Shown here: positions 48,373 to 57,363 of the stretch, piece by piece
Layout of the letters: the number at the start of each line of letters is the position of its first letter
Numbering within the stretch: position 1 is the first letter of the stretch
From: an uncultured Gemmatimonadales bacterium
Lineage (GTDB): Bacteria > Gemmatimonadota > Gemmatimonadetes > Palauibacterales > Palauibacteraceae
Direction of reading: 5' to 3'
NCBI GenBank assembly: GCA_963783385.1
Contig: CAWANJ010000003.1
Coordinates: forward strand, 160,001 to 224,000
DNA length: 64,000 bases
Position numbers and translations under genes: made by a program
Notes under the pieces: model-generated
The model's database searches: none
Told to the model about the DNA's origin: nothing
The model's input: only the letters and a program-made list of their open reading frames with translations

Positions 48373-49665
48373 ATGCGATCGCCTCGACGTGGCCGAAAGC
48401 TCGGCCGATATCGTCCCTCCGGCAGGATCGTCGGAGCGATCCTCGCCGGTACGATGCTCCTCCTGACGGCATGCAACCAGCTCCTGGACGTTCCGCCGAA
48501 CCCGAAGACGGTTCCGGGCTCCGAGCTGACGGATCCGAACTCTCTCGATGCCCGGATGACGGGCGCCGAGGCGGACTTCTGGTTCGCCTACGACATGGCC
48601 ATCGTGTACGGCGGCCTGTTCACCGACGAGCTCGTGGACGGCACGGGCCTGACGGCCGTGGACGAGCGCCGCGTCCAGCCCGACAACGCGCTCATCGGCT
48701 CCACGGACGAGGCGCCCGAGGGCATCGACGGGCTGTGGACGCCCATGCAGCGGTCGGCGGCGACATCCAAGAGCGCCGAGGTCGATATCGGCGCGGGGAA
48801 GTACGGCGACCGGATACCGGATCCGGGCAATTCCGACGCCGAGGCCCGCATGTCCCTGTTCGCGGGCTATTCGCGGCTGATCCTCGGCGAGCTGTTCTGC
48901 ACGACCGCGTTCGACGGCACCGGCCCGGAGTACTCCTCCGCCGAGACCTACCAGCTCGCCGCCGACCACTTCACGGTCGCCATCCAGGCGTCCAACGCGT
49001 CCTCGGACGTGGTGTACGCGGCCACCGTGGGTCGAGCGCGCGCGGAGCTGCAGATGGGCGACGACGCCAAGGCGAAGGCCGACGCGTCGAACGTTCCCCT
49101 CGACTTCGCCCTCATTGGAGATGTCTACTCGACGAATTCGGAGAAGGAGAACAACGACATCTGGAACATGCTCACGCTGTCGCAGCGGTTCAGCGTGGGA
49201 CCGCCCTTCCGGGGCCTGGTGATCGACAACACGAGCACGCCCGACCCCCGGGTCGACGTGTTCCAGGACCCCAACGACCAGTATGCCATCGACGGCTCGA
49301 CGCCCCTGTACCAGTCGGCCAAGTACCTGAAGGCCGATTCACCCATTCGGCTGGCGAGCGGGTACGAGGCGGCCTACATCGTGGCCGAGATCGAGGGCGG
49401 GCAGACGGCCGTGAACCTCATCAACCAGATCCGGCAGGCCCAGGGCATCAGCCAGCAGTTCTCGAGCACCAACGAGGACTCCATCCAGGCCAAGGTCCGG
49501 GACGAGCGCCGGCGCACTCTGTTCCTCGAGGGGCAGCGCATGGGGGACCTGCGGCGCTACGATGCGCGCTACGGTCTCGATCTGTTCCCCACCGGTCCGA
49601 ATTTCGGGACCGAGACCTGCTTCCCGCTCCCCAACGCGGAGCGTGACAACAACCCGGACATCTGA
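48373..49665 (+). CDS. susD: SusD/RagB-family lipoprotein
   Basis: Lipobox LTAC, ERRRTLFLEGQRMGDLRRY and C-terminal FPLPNAERDNNP. Directly follows susC. Confidence 0.9.
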   Translation: MRSPRRGRKLGRYRPSGRIVGAILAGTMLLLTACNQLLDVPPNPKTVPGSELTDPNSLDARMTGAEADFWFAYDMAIVYGGLFTDELVDGTGLTAVDERRVQPDNALIGSTDEAPEGIDGLWTPMQRSAATSKSAEVDIGAGKYGDRIPDPGNSDAEARMSLFAGYSRLILGELFCTTAFDGTGPEYSSAETYQLAADHFTVAIQASNASSDVVYAATVGRARAELQMGDDAKAKADASNVPLDFALIGDVYSTNSEKENNDIWNMLTLSQRFSVGPPFRGLVIDNTSTPDPRVDVFQDPNDQYAIDGSTPLYQSAKYLKADSPIRLASGYEAAYIVAEIEGGQTAVNLINQIRQAQGISQQFSSTNEDSIQAKVRDERRRTLFLEGQRMGDLRRYDARYGLDLFPTGPNFGTETCFPLPNAERDNNPDI

Positions 49666-49709
49666 TCGCGACCCGTCCGGTGAGCGCGCGGCCGAAGGCC
49701 GCGCCGCAG

Positions 49710-49746
49710 GGGGGCCGGCGCCTTTCGGGTGCCGGCCCCCGTGTTT
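49710..49746 (+). terminator. Rho-independent terminator-like hairpin after susD
   Basis: 13-bp stem GGGGGCCGGCGCC / GGTGCCGGCCCCC, TTTCG loop, then GTGTTT. Confidence 0.7.
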
Positions 49747-49805
49747 ATCGTCAGGCGGCCCACGAGCGGGCCGTGACGCTCCGTACGACAGGAGAAAGAT
49801 CTTCC

Positions 49806-51311
49806 ATGCACGCCATCGAGCATCTCTCCCCGGCCGCCACCGCTTCGCGCCTCGCCTCCCTCGTCCTGGCGGCCGGCCTGGCGCTGGCCGTCCGACCGGG
49901 GCCGGCCGCGGCCGCGACCCCCGGCGTCCCGTCCGCCCGCGCCGCCGCGTTCGACACCGGCGCGGCAGCCCCGGCCCCGCCGTCGCGGCAACCCGTCCTG
50001 CGGAGCATCGCGAACGCCGTGTCGGCGGACTCCCTGCGGGCCGTGCTCACCAGGCTGGTGAGCTTCGGCACCCGCAACACGCTGTCCGACACGCTCTCGG
50101 ACACTCGGGGCATCGGGGCGGCCCGCCGGTGGATCAAGGGCCGCATGGACACGCTCTCGGAGCGGTGCGGCGGCTGCCTCCAGGTCTTCTACCAGAGGAA
50201 CCTGGTGCCGCCCGGGCGCCGCGTCCCGGACACCACCGCGGTGGTCAACGTGGTGGCCGTGCAGCGCGGCACGACGGACCCGGGGCGCTACGTCCTCATC
50301 ACCGGCCACTACGACTCGCGCGTCTCCGACGTCCTGAACGACACGTCGTTCGCTCCGGGCGCCGACGACGATGGCTCGGGGGTAGCCGCCGTGCTCGAGG
50401 CGGCGCGGGTCCTGAGCCGGCACCAGTTCGCCGCCACCGTCGTGTACGCGGCCCTGGCGGGGGAGGAGCAGGGGCTGTTCGGCGGGAAGGGGCTCGCCGC
50501 CTACGCCCGCGAGCACGGCTGGCGGATCGAGGCGGACCTCAACAACGACATCATCGGCAACATCGAGGGGATCGACGGGATCATCGACAACACCACGGCT
50601 CGCGTGTTCTCCGAGGGGACGCGGGCCACGGAGTCCGCGCGCACCGCCCGTATCCGGCGCTACACGGGGGGCGAGGTGGACTCCCCCTCGCGCGAGGTGG
50701 CCCGCTACGTGGCGCGGATGTCGGACTACGTGCGCAACCTCCACGTCACGCTCATCTACCGGCTGGACCGGTTCGGTCGCGGGGGCGACCACAGCGCCTT
50801 CAACGACGCGGGCTACCCGGCCGTGCGCATCACCGAGCGCAACGAGAACTACCATCGCCAGCACCAGGACGTGCGGGTCGAGGACGGGATCCACTACGGG
50901 GACGTGCTCGCTGGCGTGAACTTCCCGTACCTGAGGAAGATGGCCGCGCTCAACCTGGTCTCACTGGCCTCCATGGCCTGGGCTCCGGCCCCGCCGGAGG
51001 GGGTCCAGATCGGGGGGGCCGTGCGGCCGAGCACGACGCTGAAGTGGGACGCTGTCGACCCCACCCGCGCCCCGGAGCTGGCCGGCTACAGGATCTACTG
51101 GCGCCCGACGGACGCGCCCCGCTGGCAGAAGAGCGTGTGGGTGGGCGACGCCATCCAGCGCACGCTCGAGGACGTGGTGATCGACAACTACACGTTCGGA
51201 GTGACGGCCGTCTCGAAGGACGGGTTCGAGAGCCCGGCCGTCTTCCCCGGTCCGGTCGGCGACTTCGCGCCACCGCCGGATTCCGCGGGGGCCGGACGGG
51301 GCGGCCGCTAG
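49806..51311 (+). CDS. Secreted M28 family peptidase with a C-terminal FN3-like domain
   Basis: GHYDSR, PGADDDGSG, GEEQGL, NNDIIG, RGGDH and YHRQHQD. Confidence 0.92.
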   Translation: MHAIEHLSPAATASRLASLVLAAGLALAVRPGPAAAATPGVPSARAAAFDTGAAAPAPPSRQPVLRSIANAVSADSLRAVLTRLVSFGTRNTLSDTLSDTRGIGAARRWIKGRMDTLSERCGGCLQVFYQRNLVPPGRRVPDTTAVVNVVAVQRGTTDPGRYVLITGHYDSRVSDVLNDTSFAPGADDDGSGVAAVLEAARVLSRHQFAATVVYAALAGEEQGLFGGKGLAAYAREHGWRIEADLNNDIIGNIEGIDGIIDNTTARVFSEGTRATESARTARIRRYTGGEVDSPSREVARYVARMSDYVRNLHVTLIYRLDRFGRGGDHSAFNDAGYPAVRITERNENYHRQHQDVRVEDGIHYGDVLAGVNFPYLRKMAALNLVSLASMAWAPAPPEGVQIGGAVRPSTTLKWDAVDPTRAPELAGYRIYWRPTDAPRWQKSVWVGDAIQRTLEDVVIDNYTFGVTAVSKDGFESPAVFPGPVGDFAPPPDSAGAGRGGR

Positions 51312-51358
51312 CCCGCGACCGTGCGGCCGGGCGGCCCGGCCACGCCGGCCGCCGCGTC

Positions 51359-52042
51359 TCACGTCCGGCTCCACGCGCGTCGCAGGAGCCACGCGCATAC
51401 GATCAGGGAGACCGTGATCCACGCCAGGCCCCATACCAGCGCGGGGATGCCGGTCATGCGGGCCAGGGCCGTGGCGTCGGAGGGCAGGCCGGGGCGGTCC
51501 AGGATGTCGCTCTTGATGTCCAGCACCGCGTACAGGCAGCTGGTGAGCCCGAGCGCGGTGAGCAGCAGCTTGCGTCCCTGGGCTTCCAGCCGGAACGCCG
51601 CGAGGACGAGGGCCGCCCCGGCCGCCAGGCACAGGAAGATGGCGAAGCCGGAGCGCACCGTGAGCAGTCCGAGGGCCAGGATCCCCGCGCCCAGCAGCCC
51701 GAGCAGCACCCGCGACGTGCGTCCCCCCGACCGGCCGACCTCGATGAACAGCGCCCCCCACGCGAGGCTTCCCAGGTAGCCGGCCGACAGCGTGAGGAAA
51801 GCGTTCCCTCCCGGGCACCGGCAGAAGCCGCCCTGGTCGGGGCTCAGGCCGATCTCGCGGATCGTACCCCCCGTGGCGATCGCCACGAGGCCGTGGCTGA
51901 GCTCGTGGAGGAGGACCACGAACATCTGCACGGGCCACACGAACACGGTGTCCCACAGGAACCACACCGCGATCGCGTACACGGCCAGGCCGGCCAGGAA
52001 GCGAAGGCGACGCTTCCCCCGGGACGGGGCGGCCGGATTCAC
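51359..52042 (-). CDS. M50B-like membrane metallopeptidase
   Basis: LHELSHG, AGYLG and SDA..LA..TG. GTGA coupling with the upstream gene. Confidence 0.88.
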   Translation of the reverse strand: MNPAAPSRGKRRLRFLAGLAVYAIAVWFLWDTVFVWPVQMFVVLLHELSHGLVAIATGGTIREIGLSPDQGGFCRCPGGNAFLTLSAGYLGSLAWGALFIEVGRSGGRTSRVLLGLLGAGILALGLLTVRSGFAIFLCLAAGAALVLAAFRLEAQGRKLLLTALGLTSCLYAVLDIKSDILDRPGLPSDATALARMTGIPALVWGLAWITVSLIVCAWLLRRAWSRT

Positions 52043-53028
52043 AGGAGCACCGCCAGCGCCACGCCACACACCACCAGGCCGGCGAGGGCGAGGGCGGGCC
52101 ACGCCCGGTCGAACGCCGCCCGGCAGAAGGCGAACACGCCCAGGAACAGGCCGAGGGCGGCGTACACGGAGGCCAGCAGCGACCGCCACAGCGAGCTGTC
52201 GTGCAGGACGAGGATGGCGACGGCGCTCACCGCCGCGGCCAGGAAGAGCGTGTGCTCGGTGAGGACCTCCCTCATCCGCACGCGCCGCGCGGCCGGGAGC
52301 TTCCCGGTCAGCGCCACGGGGAGGAGACCGACCGCCTCGGCGGCCAGGGTCGCGAGCCACGCGGTGCGGGCCGGTCCCGGTCCCGTGAGGGCGTCGGAGA
52401 GCGCCGCGAAGCCGAGCGAGGTCACCGCCACGGCCCCCAGAAAGTAGATGCCGTACGCAATGATCCGGGAGGACACCAGGTTGGCGTAGTAGGTACCGGG
52501 CTCGTCGCGGCGTAGCCGCAGCGTGGCGATCGACTCGAGTGGCCAGTCCTCCACTTCCCGCGGTGGCCACGCGCCGCTCCGGGCCCGGTCCAGCAGTCTC
52601 CGGGCCGTCTCCCGTGTGCGCTCGGCCTCGTCGCGTTCGATCGTCCCTTCGGCGCACGCCCGCTCCAGCTCCTCCTCGTCCAGCAGCTGCGTGTCGCCGT
52701 CGACGGGCGTCCACAGGTCCAGGAACTGGTCCACGATGCGCCACCGACCGTTCTCGAACGTGGGGGGGCGCACCAGGTTGGTGTAGTGGCCCAGGAGCTC
52801 GCCGCCCGGGCCGTACAGCGCCGCGATCTCGTAGGGACGGTCCGGATAGGTGAACCACACCAGCGAGGAGCCGCCGGGCAGGACGACGGGGCCGACGCGC
52901 AGGGTGTCGGCATCGGGTGGGCGCTCGAGGAGCGTGATCTTGATGTCGCGCCCGTCGTGGAGGAGCTCCTGGCGGAAGCGCTCGACCCGGTCGGGCGGAC
53001 GATGGTATTCGATCTCGACGGTCGGCAC
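52039..53028 (-). CDS. DUF402 domain protein fused to a C-terminal four-TM domain
   Basis: GHYTNL..P, IVDQFLDLW and LLDEEELE.A...G.I DUF402 motifs, followed by four hydrophobic helices. Confidence 0.75.
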   Translation of the reverse strand: MPTVEIEYHRPPDRVERFRQELLHDGRDIKITLLERPPDADTLRVGPVVLPGGSSLVWFTYPDRPYEIAALYGPGGELLGHYTNLVRPPTFENGRWRIVDQFLDLWTPVDGDTQLLDEEELERACAEGTIERDEAERTRETARRLLDRARSGAWPPREVEDWPLESIATLRLRRDEPGTYYANLVSSRIIAYGIYFLGAVAVTSLGFAALSDALTGPGPARTAWLATLAAEAVGLLPVALTGKLPAARRVRMREVLTEHTLFLAAAVSAVAILVLHDSSLWRSLLASVYAALGLFLGVFAFCRAAFDRAWPALALAGLVVCGVALAVLL

Positions 53029-53065
53029 CTCGTCCGGGTGCCGGAACCGGGACCGAACGCGGCGC

Positions 53066-55228
53066 CTAGACGGCGACAGGGGCCGTGAAGGTGTCGCCGG
53101 CCTCCGCCATCCGGACCAGACGCGGGGCGGGCTCGAAACGAGGTCCGACCCGGCCGGCCAGCTCCCGGAGACACTCGACGATCGAGGCCAGGCCCTCGCG
53201 GTCCGCCCAGCGCAGGAGCCCGCCGCGGAACGGGGGGAAGCCCGTGCCCATCACCATGGCCAGGTCCACCGCCGCGGCGCCCTCCACGACCTCCTGTTCG
53301 AGCGCGAAGGCCGCCTCGTTGACCATGATGTACAGGCAGCGATGGCGGATCTCCTCGTCGTCCGGGGGGGTGCCGGCGGGACTGGGGAGGAGGCGCCGGA
53401 GGTCGGAGTCGACCCCCTTCTCGCGCCCGTCCTGGTAGATGTAGAAGCCGAGCCCGTTCTTCCTGCCCAGCCGGCCGTCCTCCAGGAGCCGCTCGATCAC
53501 CCCGGACGGCGTCAGGCGCTCGCCCAGCTCGCGCCCGAGCTCCGAGGCAACGTGGCGCGCCACGTCGAAGCCGACTTCGTCGAGGAGCCGGCAGGGTCCC
53601 ATCGGCATCCCGAAGTCGGCGACCGCATCGTCGAGCCTGCGGACCGGCACGCCCTCCTCGAGCAGGTAGCCGGCCTCGTTGAGGTAGGGGCCCAGGAGGC
53701 GGTTCACCAGGAATCCGGGGGAGTCCCGCACGATGACGGGCTTCTTGTCCATGTCCAGCGCGAAGCCGAACGCGGTGGCCAGGGCCTCGTCCGAGGTCTC
53801 GGGCGTGCGGATCACCTCCACGAGCGGCATGCGGTGGACGGGGTTGAAGAAGTGGAGGCCGACCACGCGCGCCGGACGGGCGGCCCCCGAAGCCAGCTCG
53901 GATACCGACAGTGACGACGTGTTGGTGGCGAACACGGCGCGCTCGGGGAGCGCCGCCTCCGCCTCGCGGAGGACCTGCTTCTTCACGGCCATGCGCTCCA
54001 CGACCGCCTCGATGGCCAGATCCACCTGGCCGAACTCCGCGTAGTCGAGGACTCCCTGGATGCGGGCGAACTTGAGGCCGGCCTCCTCGGCGCCGAACAC
54101 GCCCTTGCTCGCGGCCTTCTCCAGCAGCGAGTGGGCGTGATGGAGCCCCGCATCGAGCGGTCCCTGCTCGATGTCCTTGAGCACGACGTCGACATCCTTC
54201 GAGGCCGCCAGCTCCGCGATGGCCCCGCCCATGACGCCCGCCCCGATCACGCCCACGCGCTCGACCGGGCGCCGCTTATCCCGGACCGCGGCCGGGAGCG
54301 CGTCGCGGGCTCCCGTCGACAGCTGGAAGATGCGGATGAGGTTCTTGCACACCGGGGTGACGGCCAGCTCGCCGAGGGCGCGTGCCTCGATCTCCAGGGC
54401 CTGGTCGATCTGGAGTCCGTGCGTGCGCTCGACGACGTCGAGCGCCACCATGGGCGCCGGATACCGTCCCCCGGTGCGTTTCGCCGTGCGGCCGCGGGCC
54501 ATGGAGAACAGGAGCTTGCGGCCCAGGCCGGTGTCCTCGAGGAGCTTCTCCGTGAAGGACTTCTCGTACACGGACGGCTTCACGCGCCCGGTGATGATCT
54601 GCCGGATGAACGCCCGCACGCCGTCCCGGAACCCGTCCGCGGGCAGCACCCTGTCCACGAGCGCCATGCGCCGCGCCCTGTCGTGCTTCACCGGGGCCCC
54701 CGTCAGGATCACGTTCAGGGCGTTCTGGATGCCACACTGCCTGGGAAGCCGCACCGTGCCCCCGAAGCCGGGCAGGATCCCGAGCTGGGTCTCCGGCAAA
54801 CCGATGCGGGTGGAAGGACGGTCGGAGGCCAGCCGGTAGTCGCACGCCAGGGCGAGCTCCGTGCCACCCCCGAGGCAGGTGCCGTCGATCGCGGCGATCG
54901 TGGGAACGGTGAGCCGCGACACACGGGCGAACACCTTCTGACCCTTACGGCTCTTGGCCGCGGCGTCGTCCACGTCGGTGAGGGCCGCGATCTCGTTCAC
55001 GTCGGCACCGGCGATGAACGAGCCCGGCTTGTCGCTCCACATCACCACGGCGACCAGCTTACCGGTGGCGATGCGTGACTGCAGCTCGGTGATGAGCGCG
55101 TCCAGGCGCTCCATGATCGCGGTCGTGAGGAGGTTGACCTTCGATCCGGGTCGATCGAAGGTCAACCACCCGATGTTGTCGTTGTCGACCGCGAGGGTGA
55201 GACCCTCCTCCTGTAAGTCCTTCGGCAT
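53066..55228 (-). CDS. fadJ: Fatty acid oxidation complex alpha subunit (enoyl-CoA hydratase / 3-hydroxyacyl-CoA dehydrogenase)
   Basis: FIAGADV, CLGGGTELALAC, GLPETQLGILPGFGG, GAGVMG, TNTSSL and HFFNPV. Confidence 0.92.
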   Translation of the reverse strand: MPKDLQEEGLTLAVDNDNIGWLTFDRPGSKVNLLTTAIMERLDALITELQSRIATGKLVAVVMWSDKPGSFIAGADVNEIAALTDVDDAAAKSRKGQKVFARVSRLTVPTIAAIDGTCLGGGTELALACDYRLASDRPSTRIGLPETQLGILPGFGGTVRLPRQCGIQNALNVILTGAPVKHDRARRMALVDRVLPADGFRDGVRAFIRQIITGRVKPSVYEKSFTEKLLEDTGLGRKLLFSMARGRTAKRTGGRYPAPMVALDVVERTHGLQIDQALEIEARALGELAVTPVCKNLIRIFQLSTGARDALPAAVRDKRRPVERVGVIGAGVMGGAIAELAASKDVDVVLKDIEQGPLDAGLHHAHSLLEKAASKGVFGAEEAGLKFARIQGVLDYAEFGQVDLAIEAVVERMAVKKQVLREAEAALPERAVFATNTSSLSVSELASGAARPARVVGLHFFNPVHRMPLVEVIRTPETSDEALATAFGFALDMDKKPVIVRDSPGFLVNRLLGPYLNEAGYLLEEGVPVRRLDDAVADFGMPMGPCRLLDEVGFDVARHVASELGRELGERLTPSGVIERLLEDGRLGRKNGLGFYIYQDGREKGVDSDLRRLLPSPAGTPPDDEEIRHRCLYIMVNEAAFALEQEVVEGAAAVDLAMVMGTGFPPFRGGLLRWADREGLASIVECLRELAGRVGPRFEPAPRLVRMAEAGDTFTAPVAV

Positions 55229-55983
55229 CACATCTTCAAACGCACCTGGGCGTTCTCACGCGTCAGCTTGAGCGTGTCCGACTTCATCGTGTCGATCCGG
55301 ATGTTCCAGTACAGCTCCTCGAAGGGCAGCGTGTAGCGGGCGTAGACGTACCAGGGGTCCCCCTTGATGTTGCCCGTGGCGTAGCCCTGGGCGTCGGTGG
55401 TGTCCGCCGCGACCTTCTTGCCACGCTGCTTCAGGAGGCTGTCCGCTATGGCCGCGTAGGGTGCGAAAGCCTGATCCTCCCAGCTGTTCTCCACGGCCCG
55501 CATCGAGTCCGAGCGCTCGATGGTGAGCTTCTGGAGGCTGTCGAAGCTCGCGAACAGCCGCTTCTTGCGCTTGTCGAGCGTCGAGACCTCGGCGTCCAGC
55601 GAGTTGAACCGCTTGTAGAGCGGCAGGTACTTGGGGTCCCGGCGGTCGAGCTTCTGAAGCTCCGCGGACAGCTTCTGGAGGCTGTCGCGCTTGTCCGACC
55701 AGACCGTCTCGGCCGCGTGCCACGTCTGGTTGAGGTCGGCGACCTGCTGCTTCTCCGCCTTGAGGTCCTCGGGCACCTGGGGCTGCGGCTCCGACGCGCT
55801 CCTGGTCAGGGCGTCGAAGATCGAGTCCCGGTCGTATGGCAGGAACTCGACCGAGATGTCCTTGGCCGGTGTGGCCACCGAGTCCTGGGCGGACCTGGGG
55901 AGGACCTGGACGGTCACGCTGCGTCCACAAGCCGCGGTCATGGCGGCTGCCGTCAGGAACAGCGGTAGGGCTCGAGCGCGCAT
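55228..55983 (-). CDS. Hypothetical lipoprotein with an internal coiled coil
   Basis: MRARALPLFLTAAAMTAAC lipobox, helical middle and beta-rich ends. TGATG overlap with fadJ. Confidence 0.8.
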   Translation of the reverse strand: MRARALPLFLTAAAMTAACGRSVTVQVLPRSAQDSVATPAKDISVEFLPYDRDSIFDALTRSASEPQPQVPEDLKAEKQQVADLNQTWHAAETVWSDKRDSLQKLSAELQKLDRRDPKYLPLYKRFNSLDAEVSTLDKRKKRLFASFDSLQKLTIERSDSMRAVENSWEDQAFAPYAAIADSLLKQRGKKVAADTTDAQGYATGNIKGDPWYVYARYTLPFEELYWNIRIDTMKSDTLKLTRENAQVRLKM

Positions 55984-56188
55984 TGACTCTCTCCGGTCTT
56001 GGGAGTACCGCTTTCGAACGGTCGGGTCCCTCCCCGCAGCGCGCCGCGACCCTCCGACACAGGGCGGAGAGCCACCACGGTAGGCGAGCAGACCCGAGAC
56101 GAGGAAGCTAGACCGCCGGAGGCGCCGAATCAACGGCGACGCGGCCGGGGTGGGAGGGAGCGGGGAGGAGGGTGGGGCTCCCGGACGG

Positions 56189-57129
56189 CTATTCGAACAG
56201 GTGGTCGCCGAGCAGGTAGGGACGCGGGTTCACGTGGTGGCCGTTGATGAGGACCTCGTAGTGGAGGTTCGGTCCGGTGGCCAGCCCGGTCTCTCCGACC
56301 CGCGCGATGACCTCGCCGCGCTCGACGTGCTCGCCCTTGTGGACGAGGATCCGGGAAGCGTGCGCGTAGCGAGTTTGGTAACCATACCCGTGGTCGATCT
56401 CGACCATGTTGCCGTAGCCCTCGTCCTTGCCGGCGAACACCACTCGCCCGGGTGCGGCGGCCCGGATGGGGGCGCCCAGCGGCGCCGACAGGTCCAGGCC
56501 CTCGTGCGGACGGTTGTAGAGCAGGATGGGATGGTAGCGGCTGCGGCTGAAGCCGGAGCTGATCCAGGACTCGTCCGCCGGGACGGGCCGGATGGAGGGA
56601 CGGGCCAGCATGACCGCGCGGTGGACGCGCAGGGAATCCGTCGCCTCCGAGAGGCTGGTCGTGAGCAGCCGGGCGCGGCGCAGGAGCACGTCCAGCGTCG
56701 AGGCCACGTCCTCCGTCTCCCCCCCGCCCGCGGGTCCAGCCTGGCCAGCGCCTGGTGCACCGGGTCCGAGACGGGCGGACCTCCGACGCCCACCGCCTGG
56801 ACGTCGGGGTCGAGGAGGGGGAGGCCCGCCGCGAGACGGTAGCGCTCCTCCCGGCTCGAGAAGTCGTCCATGGCCCGGGTCAGCGAGCCCACGCGCCCCT
56901 CGATGTCCCGCAGGCTGACCAGCAGCGTGCGGTTCTCCGAGCGCAGACGGGAGGCCTCGGCGGCCCGCCAGGACGTGCGTACCAGGAAGAACAGGCCCGT
57001 GCCGGCCGCGAGCACGACGAGGAGCGCCGCCGCCAGCAACAGCCGGACGGTCCGCTTCCGGATGCGGAAGTTGCGCGAAACGCCGTCGGCGCTGTGGGGC
57101 AGGATCTGGACGGTCCAGCCTGGCTTCAT
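56189..57129 (-). CDS. M23 family peptidase, frameshifted at a G7 homopolymer (~56719-56725)
   Basis: N-terminal TM plus coiled coil (MKPGWTVQILP...) in one frame. HEGLDL, YGNMVEIDHG, YAH and GETGLATGPNLHYEV in another. Confidence 0.85.
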
Positions 57130-57363
57130 GCTCACGTCGCGGTTAGAGCCGTGCCCGGATGAAGCTCGAGAAGGATGATGTTCTCCAGCAATCCGTGCAC
57201 CACCGCCGTATACGGACGATCGCAAGCCTATGGGAGCCCCTGTGTTGACGGTTTCATCACCGGGGACTTTGGGCTCCCCGTGCCTGGCCGCGACCTGCAC
57301 CGGTTGCAGGACGTGTGAAAAAGGTGCGCAGTGCGAGCAGGTTATGTTGCAGGATCGAGGCCG

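Noticed and set aside
57225-57290. Possible c-di-GMP-I riboswitch (CAAAG..CCGG) in the M23 leader
   Set aside because: No GCAAAC/GNRA-tetraloop P2 arm. Kept only as an unassigned structure.
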